Origin: a virus
Lineage: Duplodnaviria; Caudoviricetes
Direction: 5' to 3' (one strand)
DNA length: 36,334 nucleotides
IMG/VR virus record: IMGVR_UViG_3300048880_000020
Span: 1 to 36,334 of that record
Of the stretch, positions 8,722-17,977 are shown in pieces. Every line of letters starts with the position of its first letter. Position 1 is the first letter of the stretch. Below the pieces are notes generated by a model, which was given only the letters and a program-made list of their open reading frames with translations, made no database searches and was not told the origin of the DNA. Position numbers and translations under genes: made by a program.

Positions 8722-9950
8722 CCCTCACCAGCCTGTTCTCGGGCCTCAGTCCAAGACACTTCCTGAGCCATCACCGCTGGCATAGCGATGTTCTCTCCAA
8801 ACTGGTTGAACGAAATAGGCCCCATCTTGGCGGCGGCACGTCTGGTAGCCATGTTCTGAACGGCATGGATCACATCATCCTCAATAATGTTCCCCACCGT
8901 ACCAATGTCCTTCTTAGTAATACCTAGGTCTCCCTTGTACAGTTTTGAAGGGTCCATAGGGGAGCCCTTGTCCACTATTCTCTTGGCGGGCGAACGCAGC
9001 CTTCCTTGCTTACCCGTATATGCCATGCGCTGACCAGTGCTAATGCCTTGCATCCACGTATCTTCAGCAGTAGTTCTGTCAGGTGACATCATGGATTCTC
9101 GTGAATAACCCCCCGGTTCAGCCTTGTCAAACATCAACATGCCTTGGTTGGGGTCACCGTGAACTAAGTGATGGGCGACCCCCATATAATCCAAGTGTTC
9201 AGGCGTATCAGGTGGAGCATCTCTAATACTCAACTGGTACGACTTTGCTTTGCCACGACGGTTAACTTCGTCGGGAGGTACCTCACCACGAAGGGCTCCT
9301 ATTGCCCTTCCCATATTCTGAACGGTGCTGCCACCAATGTTAGTTGTAGCCAACTGGTCAGTAGTGGCGTCAGCCACGGTTAACCGCTGTCCGGGGGTAG
9401 TGCCTGCTCGGTCATAGGTCTCGGGTTCAAACTCAGCCTTGACCTGTACTTCTAACTGCTCAGAACCTAACGCAGAATGAATACTCCTAAGGGCGGGAAT
9501 CTCATCTTTTTTGGGGTCAGATAAGGGACTCAGTCCTGCTGAAGCCGCAGACGCCACGTCCATGTCTGTTCCGGGGGCTGCATCACGGACATCTCTGTGG
9601 TGCTCAAAGTACCAGCCAGCCCCTTGTAGGGTCGTACCCGCTTCCCGAGAGCGTTCAGCACCGGACCTGATCAAGTCCATCTTGCGATTAGCCATCCGCT
9701 CAACCGACCACGGGATGTCCTTGACAACCGGGGCTATGTCTTTAAGGGCCATCTCCCGGCGAGCAGCCTTGAGCCTTGTACCGGGCGTACTGCTAGTCTT
9801 TAGTTTAGCCGCCGCTGCGGTTGCAATCGAAGAGTCTACGCGATCCGTCACAGTCGCCCCATACTCTCGCATGGAGTCCCGTGCTTTCTTAAGACTCTTT
9901 TTGGGGAGATCCTCGGCCATCAGAGGATACTCGTCGTCCCTCCAGACCAT
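8718..9950 (-). CDS. Hypothetical protein, possibly DUF7178-like (HhH glycosylase-like fold)
   Basis: 410 aa with GGAGG RBS; motif series GAGWY...AGLSP...KAKSY...AEDTWM...AQEVSW. Family assignment is tentative. Confidence 0.5.
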   Translation of the reverse strand: MVWRDDEYPLMAEDLPKKSLKKARDSMREYGATVTDRVDSSIATAAAAKLKTSSTPGTRLKAARREMALKDIAPVVKDIPWSVERMANRKMDLIRSGAERSREAGTTLQGAGWYFEHHRDVRDAAPGTDMDVASAASAGLSPLSDPKKDEIPALRSIHSALGSEQLEVQVKAEFEPETYDRAGTTPGQRLTVADATTDQLATTNIGGSTVQNMGRAIGALRGEVPPDEVNRRGKAKSYQLSIRDAPPDTPEHLDYMGVAHHLVHGDPNQGMLMFDKAEPGGYSRESMMSPDRTTAEDTWMQGISTGQRMAYTGKQGRLRSPAKRIVDKGSPMDPSKLYKGDLGITKKDIGTVGNIIEDDVIHAVQNMATRRAAAKMGPISFNQFGENIAMPAVMAQEVSWTEAREQAGEG

Positions 9951-9977
9951 GATCTACCTCCCCGGTGTCAGAGAGGA

Positions 9978-10409
9978 TCAGTCGTTGACGCGAACTGCGC
10001 TCGGTCGGTTCATGTGTGCGCCAGAGTTGAAGGAACGCTCAAACTTGGGCATTCCATCTCCGGCCACGACACCCTGAACGAACTCTCCAAGGACCGACGG
10101 GGCCTCAATCCAAGAGGCGGAGCCGACGTGGGCACGCTCTGCCATCGTCTGCTCGGCGGGCTTGTAGAACATCGCCGGGTTGTTGTGGTTAGCACGACCG
10201 GGGGCCGAGGAAACGTCCACCTGAGAACCGATGGCGAAGTCGTTGGGGACATCAGTATCGGTAGCGACACCCTCCTCAAACCGAAGCGGTCCACGCTGCA
10301 TCGGAACGTCGGGGCCGATAACACGCTCAAACCCGTGGCTACCGACCTCGGGTCCGCGTTCAGGGAACTGCGCTGCGGGAGCGACTGTTGGGTTTGCTAC
10401 ATTAGCCAT
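9978..10409 (-). CDS. Hypothetical protein (GPLRFEEGVATDTDVP motif), possibly virion-associated
   Basis: 143-aa ORF with GGAGG RBS and upstream TGGTATTAT, directly after TerL. Confidence 0.7.
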   Translation of the reverse strand: MANVANPTVAPAAQFPERGPEVGSHGFERVIGPDVPMQRGPLRFEEGVATDTDVPNDFAIGSQVDVSSAPGRANHNNPAMFYKPAEQTMAERAHVGSASWIEAPSVLGEFVQGVVAGDGMPKFERSFNSGAHMNRPSAVRVND

Positions 10410-10447
10410 GAAATCCTCCGGGGAATACGGGTAGGTACCTGACCTCT

Positions 10448-10456
10448 ATAATACCA
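10448..10456 (-). promoter_or_regulatory. Extended -10 element TGGTATTAT
   Basis: Immediately after the terL stop, upstream of 9978..10409. Confidence 0.55.
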
Positions 10457-12034
10457 CTAAACGAAGAATGGATTTTCAGCAACGGACACAGTTGGCATAA
10501 CATCGTGTACTGTGAGACAACAGGCCAAGGCTAGGCTGTCAGGGTAATCATCGAAGGCCCCCCGCTCTTCAGGGGCTTCAGCAAGCAGGTATGGTCCTCT
10601 GTTGATCCGCTCTAGGTCCACCATCTGCTGGTTAAACTTCTTCCAACGACGGGTCCTCTTAGCCTTTGAGTGACCCGGAATGACCAGTTGGTCTCGCTGA
10701 ATCAACTCGGTTAGGTGGACCCATCGCTCATTCTGTGCCTTTGAATCTGAGGAAAGCCCCAGCACTTCGATGTCTGGCAGAAGCAGGGCCAGACGCTCGG
10801 ACACGGCTCCCCCCACGCCTTGGGCGTCAATCCCGACACGCAGAACGTCATAGTTACGCACGAAGTCCACGATCTTAAAGTACTGAGATTCCCAGTCCGT
10901 ATCATGTATTTCCAGCCAGTTCAGGACCCGATGCTCAAAGAACCCCAGCCCATCGGGGTGATCCCAGTCAACCCACACAGCCGTGGCGACTGTGGAATCG
11001 TTGGACCGAGCCACGTCGATGCCAATGACAATGGGAGTACGCCACCACTCTGGAACCAGTTGCATGGAGGTGTCATACAGACGGTCCAGACGCTCCTCAG
11101 TGACGAACATCCCCTTCTCAAGCATCCAGTGGTTGAGGTAGGACATGCGAAACTCGTCTGAGTCCTCCCCAATACGCACCTTCTCTTTTCTAATGAACTT
11201 GCCGTAGTTCTCGTTGTACTTAGCCGCTACGGTCCAGTCATACTCAAAGTGGGCCGTGCGTTGCCCACGCTTCTTGTTGATGTCCCGACGTTTATTAAAC
11301 TGAATCATCTTGTAGAAGTACGACTTGGTACGGGTAGCAGTACCAGTTAGAGCAATGGTGCCGTTGTTGAACGCCAACATGGGCTTGATGGACTTGGCAA
11401 TCACAAACTCGTCGGCTCCCTGCGCCTCATCCACAACAGCGAAGTGGTACGTCTTAGACTCAATCTTGGCCTTGGGGTTACAAGTCTGCATCCGACAGAG
11501 TGACCCAGAGTTCTTCAGCGAGACAATCTTGCCCTTACCGCGTGCTCCACCTGACGAAGCCTTGTCGTCAATCTCCGGGTCAAGCAGGAACTCCAAAGCA
11601 TGATCACTGGTTAGCCGGGAAACAATACGACTAAACACGGTGTCAGCCTGATCTTCAGTAGGAGCAAACACCCCGCACCAGAACCCCTTGCTGAACTTGG
11701 ACAGCCACACGGGATAAATCTTGGACAGTTTGGGAAGAATAACCATCATGGAGGCAATGACGTTGGACAACACCTCTGACTTACCACTCTGGCGGGTGGC
11801 TATGAGGGTCAGTTCTTCACCGTCTCCGACAACAACAGACTCAATGAACCTGTAGGCTATGGGAATCTGATAGGGGAAGAACTCTACACCACAGAACTCC
11901 TCTGTGAACAGTACTAACTTCTTAACCAACTCAGAAACAAACTCCGTAGACGCTTCATCCAGTTCGATGTCAATGTCCAACTCGGGGATGTCATCAAAGC
12001 CTACCTGTTCCTCAGTATCGGTAGCGACACTCAT
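10457..12034 (-). CDS. terL: Terminase large subunit
   Basis: PYQ adenine motif, Walker A (ATRQSGKS), Walker B (VVDEAQ), GTA motif, and RNase-H-like nuclease motifs IGIDVA and DDYPDSLALA. Confidence 0.93.
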   Translation of the reverse strand: MSVATDTEEQVGFDDIPELDIDIELDEASTEFVSELVKKLVLFTEEFCGVEFFPYQIPIAYRFIESVVVGDGEELTLIATRQSGKSEVLSNVIASMMVILPKLSKIYPVWLSKFSKGFWCGVFAPTEDQADTVFSRIVSRLTSDHALEFLLDPEIDDKASSGGARGKGKIVSLKNSGSLCRMQTCNPKAKIESKTYHFAVVDEAQGADEFVIAKSIKPMLAFNNGTIALTGTATRTKSYFYKMIQFNKRRDINKKRGQRTAHFEYDWTVAAKYNENYGKFIRKEKVRIGEDSDEFRMSYLNHWMLEKGMFVTEERLDRLYDTSMQLVPEWWRTPIVIGIDVARSNDSTVATAVWVDWDHPDGLGFFEHRVLNWLEIHDTDWESQYFKIVDFVRNYDVLRVGIDAQGVGGAVSERLALLLPDIEVLGLSSDSKAQNERWVHLTELIQRDQLVIPGHSKAKRTRRWKKFNQQMVDLERINRGPYLLAEAPEERGAFDDYPDSLALACCLTVHDVMPTVSVAENPFFV

Positions 12035-12267
12035 TAGTCCCGCTCCGCTAGTTCATCCCACATAGCGGCAAGCATCTCTACTCGGGCGGTAACATCGTCA
12101 CCACCATAGGAGTGGTGACGCCACCTATCAAACGCCTCACCAAGGTGCATGATCTCTAGGTCCATCCAGTCCCTCAGATCCGACGTGCTCATCTTGGTAA
12201 CACGAGAAGGACGATCAAAGGTCGCAACGGCATGGGTCTTACTGTCACCCCAAAACTTCAGTGCCAC
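12034..12267 (-). CDS. Hypothetical protein coupled to terL
   Basis: GTG start with AAGGAG; TAATG overlap with terL. A TerS role is not supported by any motif. Confidence 0.65.
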   Translation of the reverse strand: MALKFWGDSKTHAVATFDRPSRVTKMSTSDLRDWMDLEIMHLGEAFDRWRHHSYGGDDVTARVEMLAAMWDELAERD

Positions 12268-12671
12268 TCTCTAATCTCCTTTGGTTTACTGGGAAGTCTC
12301 CTACCCACCAACGAGTGGAGTAGGCCCTCTTCCTTTGTGTAGTGCTCAGAAGTCTTGCAGACCCCGACCTGAAAGGTCCGATACGGGACCACAGCCTGAA
12401 TCCCACGACCAGTCCTCCACGGGTAGTCGGTTTCCCTCATAAAGGAACTCTGTATCCCGATCTTCTTTACGGTCGTCTGGCGTGTCAACCAGTACACAGG
12501 ACCCACCCCTTGTACTAAGTCCAGTGTGTTTCTCAGTACTAGCCACCAACAGATCATACCAGCCACACCAGTGCTGAGGAGCCACCACCCTCGCATAAAG
12601 GGAAGTGCAGGGAGTAGCAAGGCCCCCAGAGCCAGAGGGGAGTACCCTAGGACCCTACTTCTTAAGTTCAT
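12258..12671 (-). CDS. Hypothetical membrane protein
   Basis: Two N-terminal hydrophobic segments; tiles with neighbouring genes. Confidence 0.6.
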   Translation of the reverse strand: MNLRSRVLGYSPLALGALLLPALPFMRGWWLLSTGVAGMICWWLVLRNTLDLVQGVGPVYWLTRQTTVKKIGIQSSFMRETDYPWRTGRGIQAVVPYRTFQVGVCKTSEHYTKEEGLLHSLVGRRLPSKPKEIREWH

Positions 12672-12732
12672 ACCACCCCAACAGCGCTACGATCCCAGCG
12701 CAGAACAAGGCTGCCATACTGAACCAGTACAT
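12655..12732 (-). CDS. Candidate 25-aa hydrophobic peptide (MYWFSMAALFCAGIVALLGWYELKK)
   Basis: ATG overlaps the KTSC-gene stop (TGATG) and the ORF fills the intergenic gap; one TM-like stretch followed by KK. Confidence 0.4.
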   Translation of the reverse strand: MYWFSMAALFCAGIVALLGWYELKK

Positions 12733-13256
12733 CAGTTAAAGAACACACCAGCCTCATCGTTACTACCTACCTTGGTGTACGGGTAATGGTTCAAGGTACT
12801 GTTAACAAACTTCCCCCTAGACACCCCTTGTCCGGTCATGGATGCGTACACAGCGAAGGGTATGCTGTCATAACGGTACTGGTCCCCGCGCTTGATAAAG
12901 CGCATGAAGATAGTGCCCAGCCCAGCGTCAGTCATGTCGTTGGGGTCGTTGGGCACGTAGCGATACCACGCTACACGGGTACTGTTGAAGTCAACCCCGT
13001 TTACCTGTGGTGCGATAAACCCAGTTGGTTGCTCTTCTTCAGGGCCGAGTTCCTGTCGCTCCTTCTCCCGCTCAATGGAGAACGAGTAGGTAGCAGATCC
13101 TGCCTGCTGTCTGTCGGCTGTCGTGGGCTCGTCACGAGCATCGAAGTGTTGCGGATCAAGAGGTCCAGCCGTAGAAACTGAGGACTTGAACTCTTCAGTC
13201 AGGTAACTGTCAAAGCCCTTCCAGTTGGGACCTAGGCCCCCCTTATTCCTCGGCAT
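12732..13256 (-). CDS. KTSC-domain protein
   Basis: C-terminal STRVAWYRY...IFMRF...YRYDSIPFAVY...SRGKFVN..L..YPY matches the KTSC pattern. Confidence 0.7.
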   Translation of the reverse strand: MPRNKGGLGPNWKGFDSYLTEEFKSSVSTAGPLDPQHFDARDEPTTADRQQAGSATYSFSIEREKERQELGPEEEQPTGFIAPQVNGVDFNSTRVAWYRYVPNDPNDMTDAGLGTIFMRFIKRGDQYRYDSIPFAVYASMTGQGVSRGKFVNSTLNHYPYTKVGSNDEAGVFFN

Positions 13257-13413
13257 CCTCGGTAGACTCCTCGTCCTGTGTCTCAGACATAGCGGCCCGA
13301 AGTTCAGTTACCATCGCTGCCAGCACGACGTTCTCGCCCTGCATAGCGTTCAACCGGCTCTGAAGTTCGTTGATGACGGTCTGGGGGTTGAGTTGAATGT
13401 TGTCTGCGTCCAC
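13243..13413 (-). CDS. 56-aa coiled-coil hypothetical protein (absent from the ORF track)
   Basis: GTG start with AAGGAG RBS; translates MDADNIQLNPQTVINELQSRLNAMQGENVVLAAMVTELRAAMSETQDEESTEDAEE and fills the gap. Confidence 0.7.
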   Translation of the reverse strand: MDADNIQLNPQTVINELQSRLNAMQGENVVLAAMVTELRAAMSETQDEESTEDAEE

Positions 13414-13449
13414 TGGTGCTCCTTGACCTGTACTGTTGGATACCTTTCT

Positions 13450-13458
13450 AGTGTATCA
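13450..13458 (-). promoter_or_regulatory. Extended -10 element TGATACACT
   Basis: Uses the upstream gene's TGA stop as the TGn; precedes 13243..13413. Confidence 0.5.
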
Positions 13459-14265
13459 GGTGCCCTCTAACTCATCAGCCAGTTCCCTCAACCTATCTGA
13501 TACGGAGGGAGCGGTAACGACAATAGTTTCAGATTCCTCGGTTTCCTTGGCAGCCACTTCCTTCTCAGCAATCATCTTAGCGATGGCGTCCCAGTCGATG
13601 CCGGGGGCGGCAATATCAACGCCGAGGTTCTCCAACTTGTAGTCCGAAATGTCCCATGCCATGTTCTCAGGAGACACGGCTGGGCCTCCGTAGTAGGCAT
13701 CCAACCACGCCCATGTGACAGCGGTCTTGTCGGTGACTACGAGATTGTGGCGGACCCACTCACCTCCGTCCAACCGGGCACGGATAAAGCCTTCATCAAA
13801 GTCGGCCTCACACTCAAATAGAACAGCAGGACCGCCGATGGTGAGTTGTCCGACCTTAACCGAATCGCCCCACCGTGGAACCTGACCCAGATGATAGAAG
13901 TACATGCCGATGGGCATGTATCCGTCCTTGGACTTACCAAACCATGTGCGGAACGAGAAACCATCAGGGTTGGGCTGCCTGTTGCCGTGCCCGTAGGACT
14001 GGCCCCTCTTGTTCTTGTAGCGTAGGTCAGCGAACCCCAGTGTCTTTCCCGTACTGTGGGAGTTCCAGTTGCCAAGCGCCCTGACCATGTAGGACACCTT
14101 CACATGGCGACAGGGAGGCACCTCCTTGTAGAGGGCGCATCCATAATGGTTGCCCTCACGGAACATCAGTCGTAGCGAGTCGCCACTCACATAGGCGTTC
14201 TTGATGTCGCCCTTCCACGAGTCTTGCCATCCTTCTTTAAAGGTTTCATGTACTAAGACAGTCAT
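13456..14265 (-). CDS. Polysaccharide lyase family 14-like beta-jelly-roll protein
   Basis: VSYMVR...STGKTLGF...GFSFRTWF...MYFYH resembles the PL14 pattern (Y.v.F / GKLPG / FS.R.mW / Y.Y). ATG at 14265 with AAGGAG. Confidence 0.5.
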   Translation of the reverse strand: MTVLVHETFKEGWQDSWKGDIKNAYVSGDSLRLMFREGNHYGCALYKEVPPCRHVKVSYMVRALGNWNSHSTGKTLGFADLRYKNKRGQSYGHGNRQPNPDGFSFRTWFGKSKDGYMPIGMYFYHLGQVPRWGDSVKVGQLTIGGPAVLFECEADFDEGFIRARLDGGEWVRHNLVVTDKTAVTWAWLDAYYGGPAVSPENMAWDISDYKLENLGVDIAAPGIDWDAIAKMIAEKEVAAKETEESETIVVTAPSVSDRLRELADELEGT

Positions 14266-14284
14266 CACTTCTCCTTCTACCTCT

Positions 14285-14293
14285 ATTCTACCA
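14285..14293 (-). promoter_or_regulatory. Extended -10 element TGGTAGAAT
   Basis: Between the lipoprotein stop and the RBS of the lyase-like gene. Confidence 0.55.
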
Positions 14294-17200
14294 TTACTCG
14301 TCCTCTTCAATGGTTAGTCTGTACCACCCGGCGTTCGCGTTGTTGTAGACCGAAGCGCGCACCACATAGTCGCCCACAGGCATGTTCGTGCGAACGATGC
14401 GGCTGTCCCACTGGTCGCTCACGTTGTCGATGACTGGAACGCCATTGGAGCAGGCTCCTCCGGTGTTGCAGTAGGTGATGGTCGGGGTTTCGTCCACATC
14501 CACGGCGCTGCTGGGAGGGTTGACGCAAGTGTTCCCGCAGTCGTTCCCACCATCATCGTCTAGTTCGATGAGGGTGCCAACCGTGATCTCGCTTTCGTCT
14601 GCCGAATGGTCTCCCTCGTCAGAGTCGTTGTCATTGTTTAGATAGATGTACGGGTCGGCAGCCTCGTTACTTGTATTGAACTGGGCACGGGTCAGATTTG
14701 TTTCAGCGTCGATACGGACACTGGTTATCTCGTCCAAAGAGAACTGAATCATGTCGTGGTCGTTGCGGCTAGAGGATTGCACGATGCACCAGTCCCCCAT
14801 GCCTCGCCAGCCGCCCTCGGCGCAGCCTTCCTCGGTGCCTACGGTCGCTGTTGTCGTAGACGCTGACGTGTAGGGATCACCCGTGGTGACCGTTGTTTCG
14901 TTGTCGTTCCATGTCCTCTGGGTGGAGCAACCACTCTGTGTCCCATCTATGAAGATGCAGGACACAAAGTCAGTTCCTGTACGAGCCACCACAGTGGTCG
15001 TATCAACATGGGTCGTCGTAACCGTTGTAGCGGTCGTGGTGTCAAGGTGCCAGTGTCCGTCGTTGCTGTTGTGGGTCAGGATTCCCGACTCGGTGGCAGC
15101 AGTTGCCGTGCCCGTCTGGGCGGTGGATGTGGACGTGGAGATCGTTTCCTGCAATGCCACGGCAGCATTCGTCGTCGTGTAGGTCGGTACGTAGACCGGT
15201 GCCACGTACACCACCACGATCTCTTCCTCTAGTACAAAGTCGGGAAGTTCCTCACCGGCTACCTCTGCGCTTACTTCCCCCGATTCCACAGCCTCCGTAA
15301 AGCCCGTCCAGTTGATGAACCCTTCAGGGACTTCCCCCCAGTCTTCGTAGTATCCGGGGTTGTTGGCTTGGTCATAGTCTTCCCACGACCCGTATCCACC
15401 GGGAGCGTCCGCACAGGCCGATGTGCCCCGGCAGCCGTCGTAGGGGTCCCAACTGGGCTCTGGTTCCGGCTCTTCCACTGGGGGTTCTTCCCACGGATCG
15501 ACCTCATACGCAGGTTCTTCTTCCGGTTCTGGTTCTTCTTCAACCGGTTCTGGCGCTGGATCTTCTTCAGTTTCAGCAGGGACCTCCGGCCACTCTTCGT
15601 CCCCTTCTTCAGTTTCCTGTTCTTCTTCATCTACTTCCTGTTCTATCTCGGGCTCCTCCCACCCTAACCCTTCTTCGTCGTCATCCCACGGACCCTCTTC
15701 GCACTCGTCACACCACTCAGCATCTTCAGGCCAGAACTCCTCTTCCCAGTCATCCCATTCCTCCTCGGTGTCTAGCCAGAACTCCTCTTCCCACTCTTCC
15801 TCATCTACCTCTAAGAACTCCTCCTCCCACTCTTCCCACGTTGTGGGGAAGGGCTCTTCTTCTTCCCACTCTTCCTCCTCCCAGTACTCGTCAATCCCCA
15901 TCTCTTCTACGAACTCAAAGACTTCCTCTAGTTCTATTTCTTCGTTGAAGAACTCTAGGAACTCCTCCTCCTCGGCCTCAAACCACTCCTCGTCATAAGC
16001 CACCTCTTCCCACTGTTCATCCTCCCAGTACTCAGCGTCCACGCTAAGTATGACCGCCACCAAATCGAAGTCATTGTCCGTCTCCAACGGTTCCCAGTCA
16101 CCTATTTCCTCAATCTCTTCGACATACGTTTCCCCGAGAACCTCATCCAAGCGATCCTCGGCTACGGCTTGGAAGTACTCGGCGTCAGAAGCGACCCATG
16201 CTTCGATCTCCTCTTCCTCCTGCACCACCTCTGCCAGCACCTCGTCGTAGGTGATCTCTATTTGGACAGGTTGCATTACCGGTTCTGGGATAGGGCTATC
16301 TGGATCATCCGGTGAGGGTGTAGCCATCTCCACACGGTAAACAGACACGTCCACCGACACCTCAGCCAGCGCCTCACCCTGCTCGTCCTGAATAAACAGT
16401 TCCAGAATCTCAGGCTCGTCGGTACTTACCTCCTCTGCGAACACCAGTTCGATCTGCTGCCCCTCATTCAGTTCCACTTCAACCACCAGAGCGTCGATGG
16501 CAATGGCAACCGTGGCTTCCTCAATCTCCGCAACCTCCACTGCCTCCTCGGAGAACGAGAGGAGGGACTGAGCCTCTTCTTCCACGGCGACTTCTTCCAC
16601 CGGAGCCTCTACCACCGTGGCTTCAATCTGAACTGCCTTCTCTTCGTTAAGAACCAGCAACGAGAACTTCTGAGTGGCTTCCTCGGGTGCCTCTTCAACT
16701 GCCTGCTCCGGGGTGGGAACGTCAATCTCTTCAACGTCGGCGGTGAACGCCTCCACGTCCGGTGGGAGGAACACCAGCACCGGGTCAGACGTTGAAGGCC
16801 CTGAGATCAGATAGCGGTAGGTGGCACCGGGGATCTCATTGACAAAGCCTCCGTCGTAATACCCCAATCTTTGACCACTCTCCGTGACAATCTTGAGGCT
16901 CATTTGCTTGCTTCCAGAGGCGGCAACCGTAAGCAGGGTTCCTGATTTGGTCGTCCCTTCCTGTGGACAGAACCCACAAGTGAATGGACCACCACGGACA
17001 CTCATGGGGGTCAACTCCATAGTGCCCGTGCCACCAGACCACGCTGAGGCTTCCTCGGTGGGGTTCGTCGCTGCTAGGGCATACACCCAACCGTCCTCAT
17101 CTACGTCTATCCATCGCTCTGAGGTGGGCCAGTTGCTGTCGTAAACGTAGATGCGGTATCCGGTCTGGACCTGCACCACCCGGTACGGCGTGAGAGCGTG

Positions 17201-17977
17201 TCCACCGTGCTCGGAGTAGATGCCTAGAGTGAAACCGGTGTGGTTGTTACCAGCCTCAGACTCAGCGAAGTCATACAGCAGGACTTCAGCCAGTTGTTTG
17301 GGGGACATCTCCAGATAGGCGGACGCCTCCTGCTGAACCTCCACAGCGAACTGAGTGACATACCAGTAGGCAATCTCGGACAGCAGCGCCGGGTCGGCCT
17401 GCACCAACTGGGCTACGGTGTCGGTCCCTTGAAAGGATGCCAACGTCTTCAGGTCCCCTGCCAAGCGGAGACTGAGAACGGCTAGGCCCTCACAAAGTCC
17501 TCCACGCATGGACCTATTGGCCTGTGAGATCAACTGGAGAATCACCGGATAGGGCGTACACCGGTTGTCTGTCACCTCAGAGCAGACCTGATCGTCTCCG
17601 TACAGGCGGCGGGCCATGTTGACTGTCAGGTCAGCAGGGGCTTCACCCCCACCGAAGTTCTCAAAGGAGAACGAGTCATCCTCTGGGGTGAACGAAAGGG
17701 CGTGTCCTACCGGGGTGGGTTCTGGTATGGGGCTATCTTCCACCACCTGTGGGGTGGTAGTGGTGGGGCTAGTAAGGGCTGAGGTGGTAGTAGGGGGTAG
17801 GGGTACCGTAGTGGTAGGGGGTATAGGGCTATCTGGGACCGTCGTAGGGGGGGTAGTAGTGGTCTCTACCACTTCTGGGAGTAGTGTAGAAGTACTAACT
17901 TCTTCTGAAACCCCGCCGGAAGAACACCCTGCAAAGAAGAGTGCCCCGGCAGTGAGTACCGCCGAGAAACGCCTCAC
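14294..17977 (-). CDS. Large acidic lipoprotein: lipobox, P/T linker, putative Cys-His-Asp domain, E/W/D-rich tract, PPC-like C-terminal domain
   Basis: MRRFSAVLTAGALFFAG-C signal peptide II; GGLCEG, GGHA and YDSN motifs; C-terminal DPYIYL...DDDGG...DSRI...GDYVV...YRLTI. Confidence 0.75.
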   Translation of the reverse strand: MRRFSAVLTAGALFFAGCSSGGVSEEVSTSTLLPEVVETTTTPPTTVPDSPIPPTTTVPLPPTTTSALTSPTTTTPQVVEDSPIPEPTPVGHALSFTPEDDSFSFENFGGGEAPADLTVNMARRLYGDDQVCSEVTDNRCTPYPVILQLISQANRSMRGGLCEGLAVLSLRLAGDLKTLASFQGTDTVAQLVQADPALLSEIAYWYVTQFAVEVQQEASAYLEMSPKQLAEVLLYDFAESEAGNNHTGFTLGIYSEHGGHALTPYRVVQVQTGYRIYVYDSNWPTSERWIDVDEDGWVYALAATNPTEEASAWSGGTGTMELTPMSVRGGPFTCGFCPQEGTTKSGTLLTVAASGSKQMSLKIVTESGQRLGYYDGGFVNEIPGATYRYLISGPSTSDPVLVFLPPDVEAFTADVEEIDVPTPEQAVEEAPEEATQKFSLLVLNEEKAVQIEATVVEAPVEEVAVEEEAQSLLSFSEEAVEVAEIEEATVAIAIDALVVEVELNEGQQIELVFAEEVSTDEPEILELFIQDEQGEALAEVSVDVSVYRVEMATPSPDDPDSPIPEPVMQPVQIEITYDEVLAEVVQEEEEIEAWVASDAEYFQAVAEDRLDEVLGETYVEEIEEIGDWEPLETDNDFDLVAVILSVDAEYWEDEQWEEVAYDEEWFEAEEEEFLEFFNEEIELEEVFEFVEEMGIDEYWEEEEWEEEEPFPTTWEEWEEEFLEVDEEEWEEEFWLDTEEEWDDWEEEFWPEDAEWCDECEEGPWDDDEEGLGWEEPEIEQEVDEEEQETEEGDEEWPEVPAETEEDPAPEPVEEEPEPEEEPAYEVDPWEEPPVEEPEPEPSWDPYDGCRGTSACADAPGGYGSWEDYDQANNPGYYEDWGEVPEGFINWTGFTEAVESGEVSAEVAGEELPDFVLEEEIVVVYVAPVYVPTYTTTNAAVALQETISTSTSTAQTGTATAATESGILTHNSNDGHWHLDTTTATTVTTTHVDTTTVVARTGTDFVSCIFIDGTQSGCSTQRTWNDNETTVTTGDPYTSASTTTATVGTEEGCAEGGWRGMGDWCIVQSSSRNDHDMIQFSLDEITSVRIDAETNLTRAQFNTSNEAADPYIYLNNDNDSDEGDHSADESEITVGTLIELDDDGGNDCGNTCVNPPSSAVDVDETPTITYCNTGGACSNGVPVIDNVSDQWDSRIVRTNMPVGDYVVRASVYNNANAGWYRLTIEEDE

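Noticed and set aside
12034-12267. Terminase small subunit call
   Set aside because: Position fits, but no HTH or TerS motif is recognisable, so it is left hypothetical.
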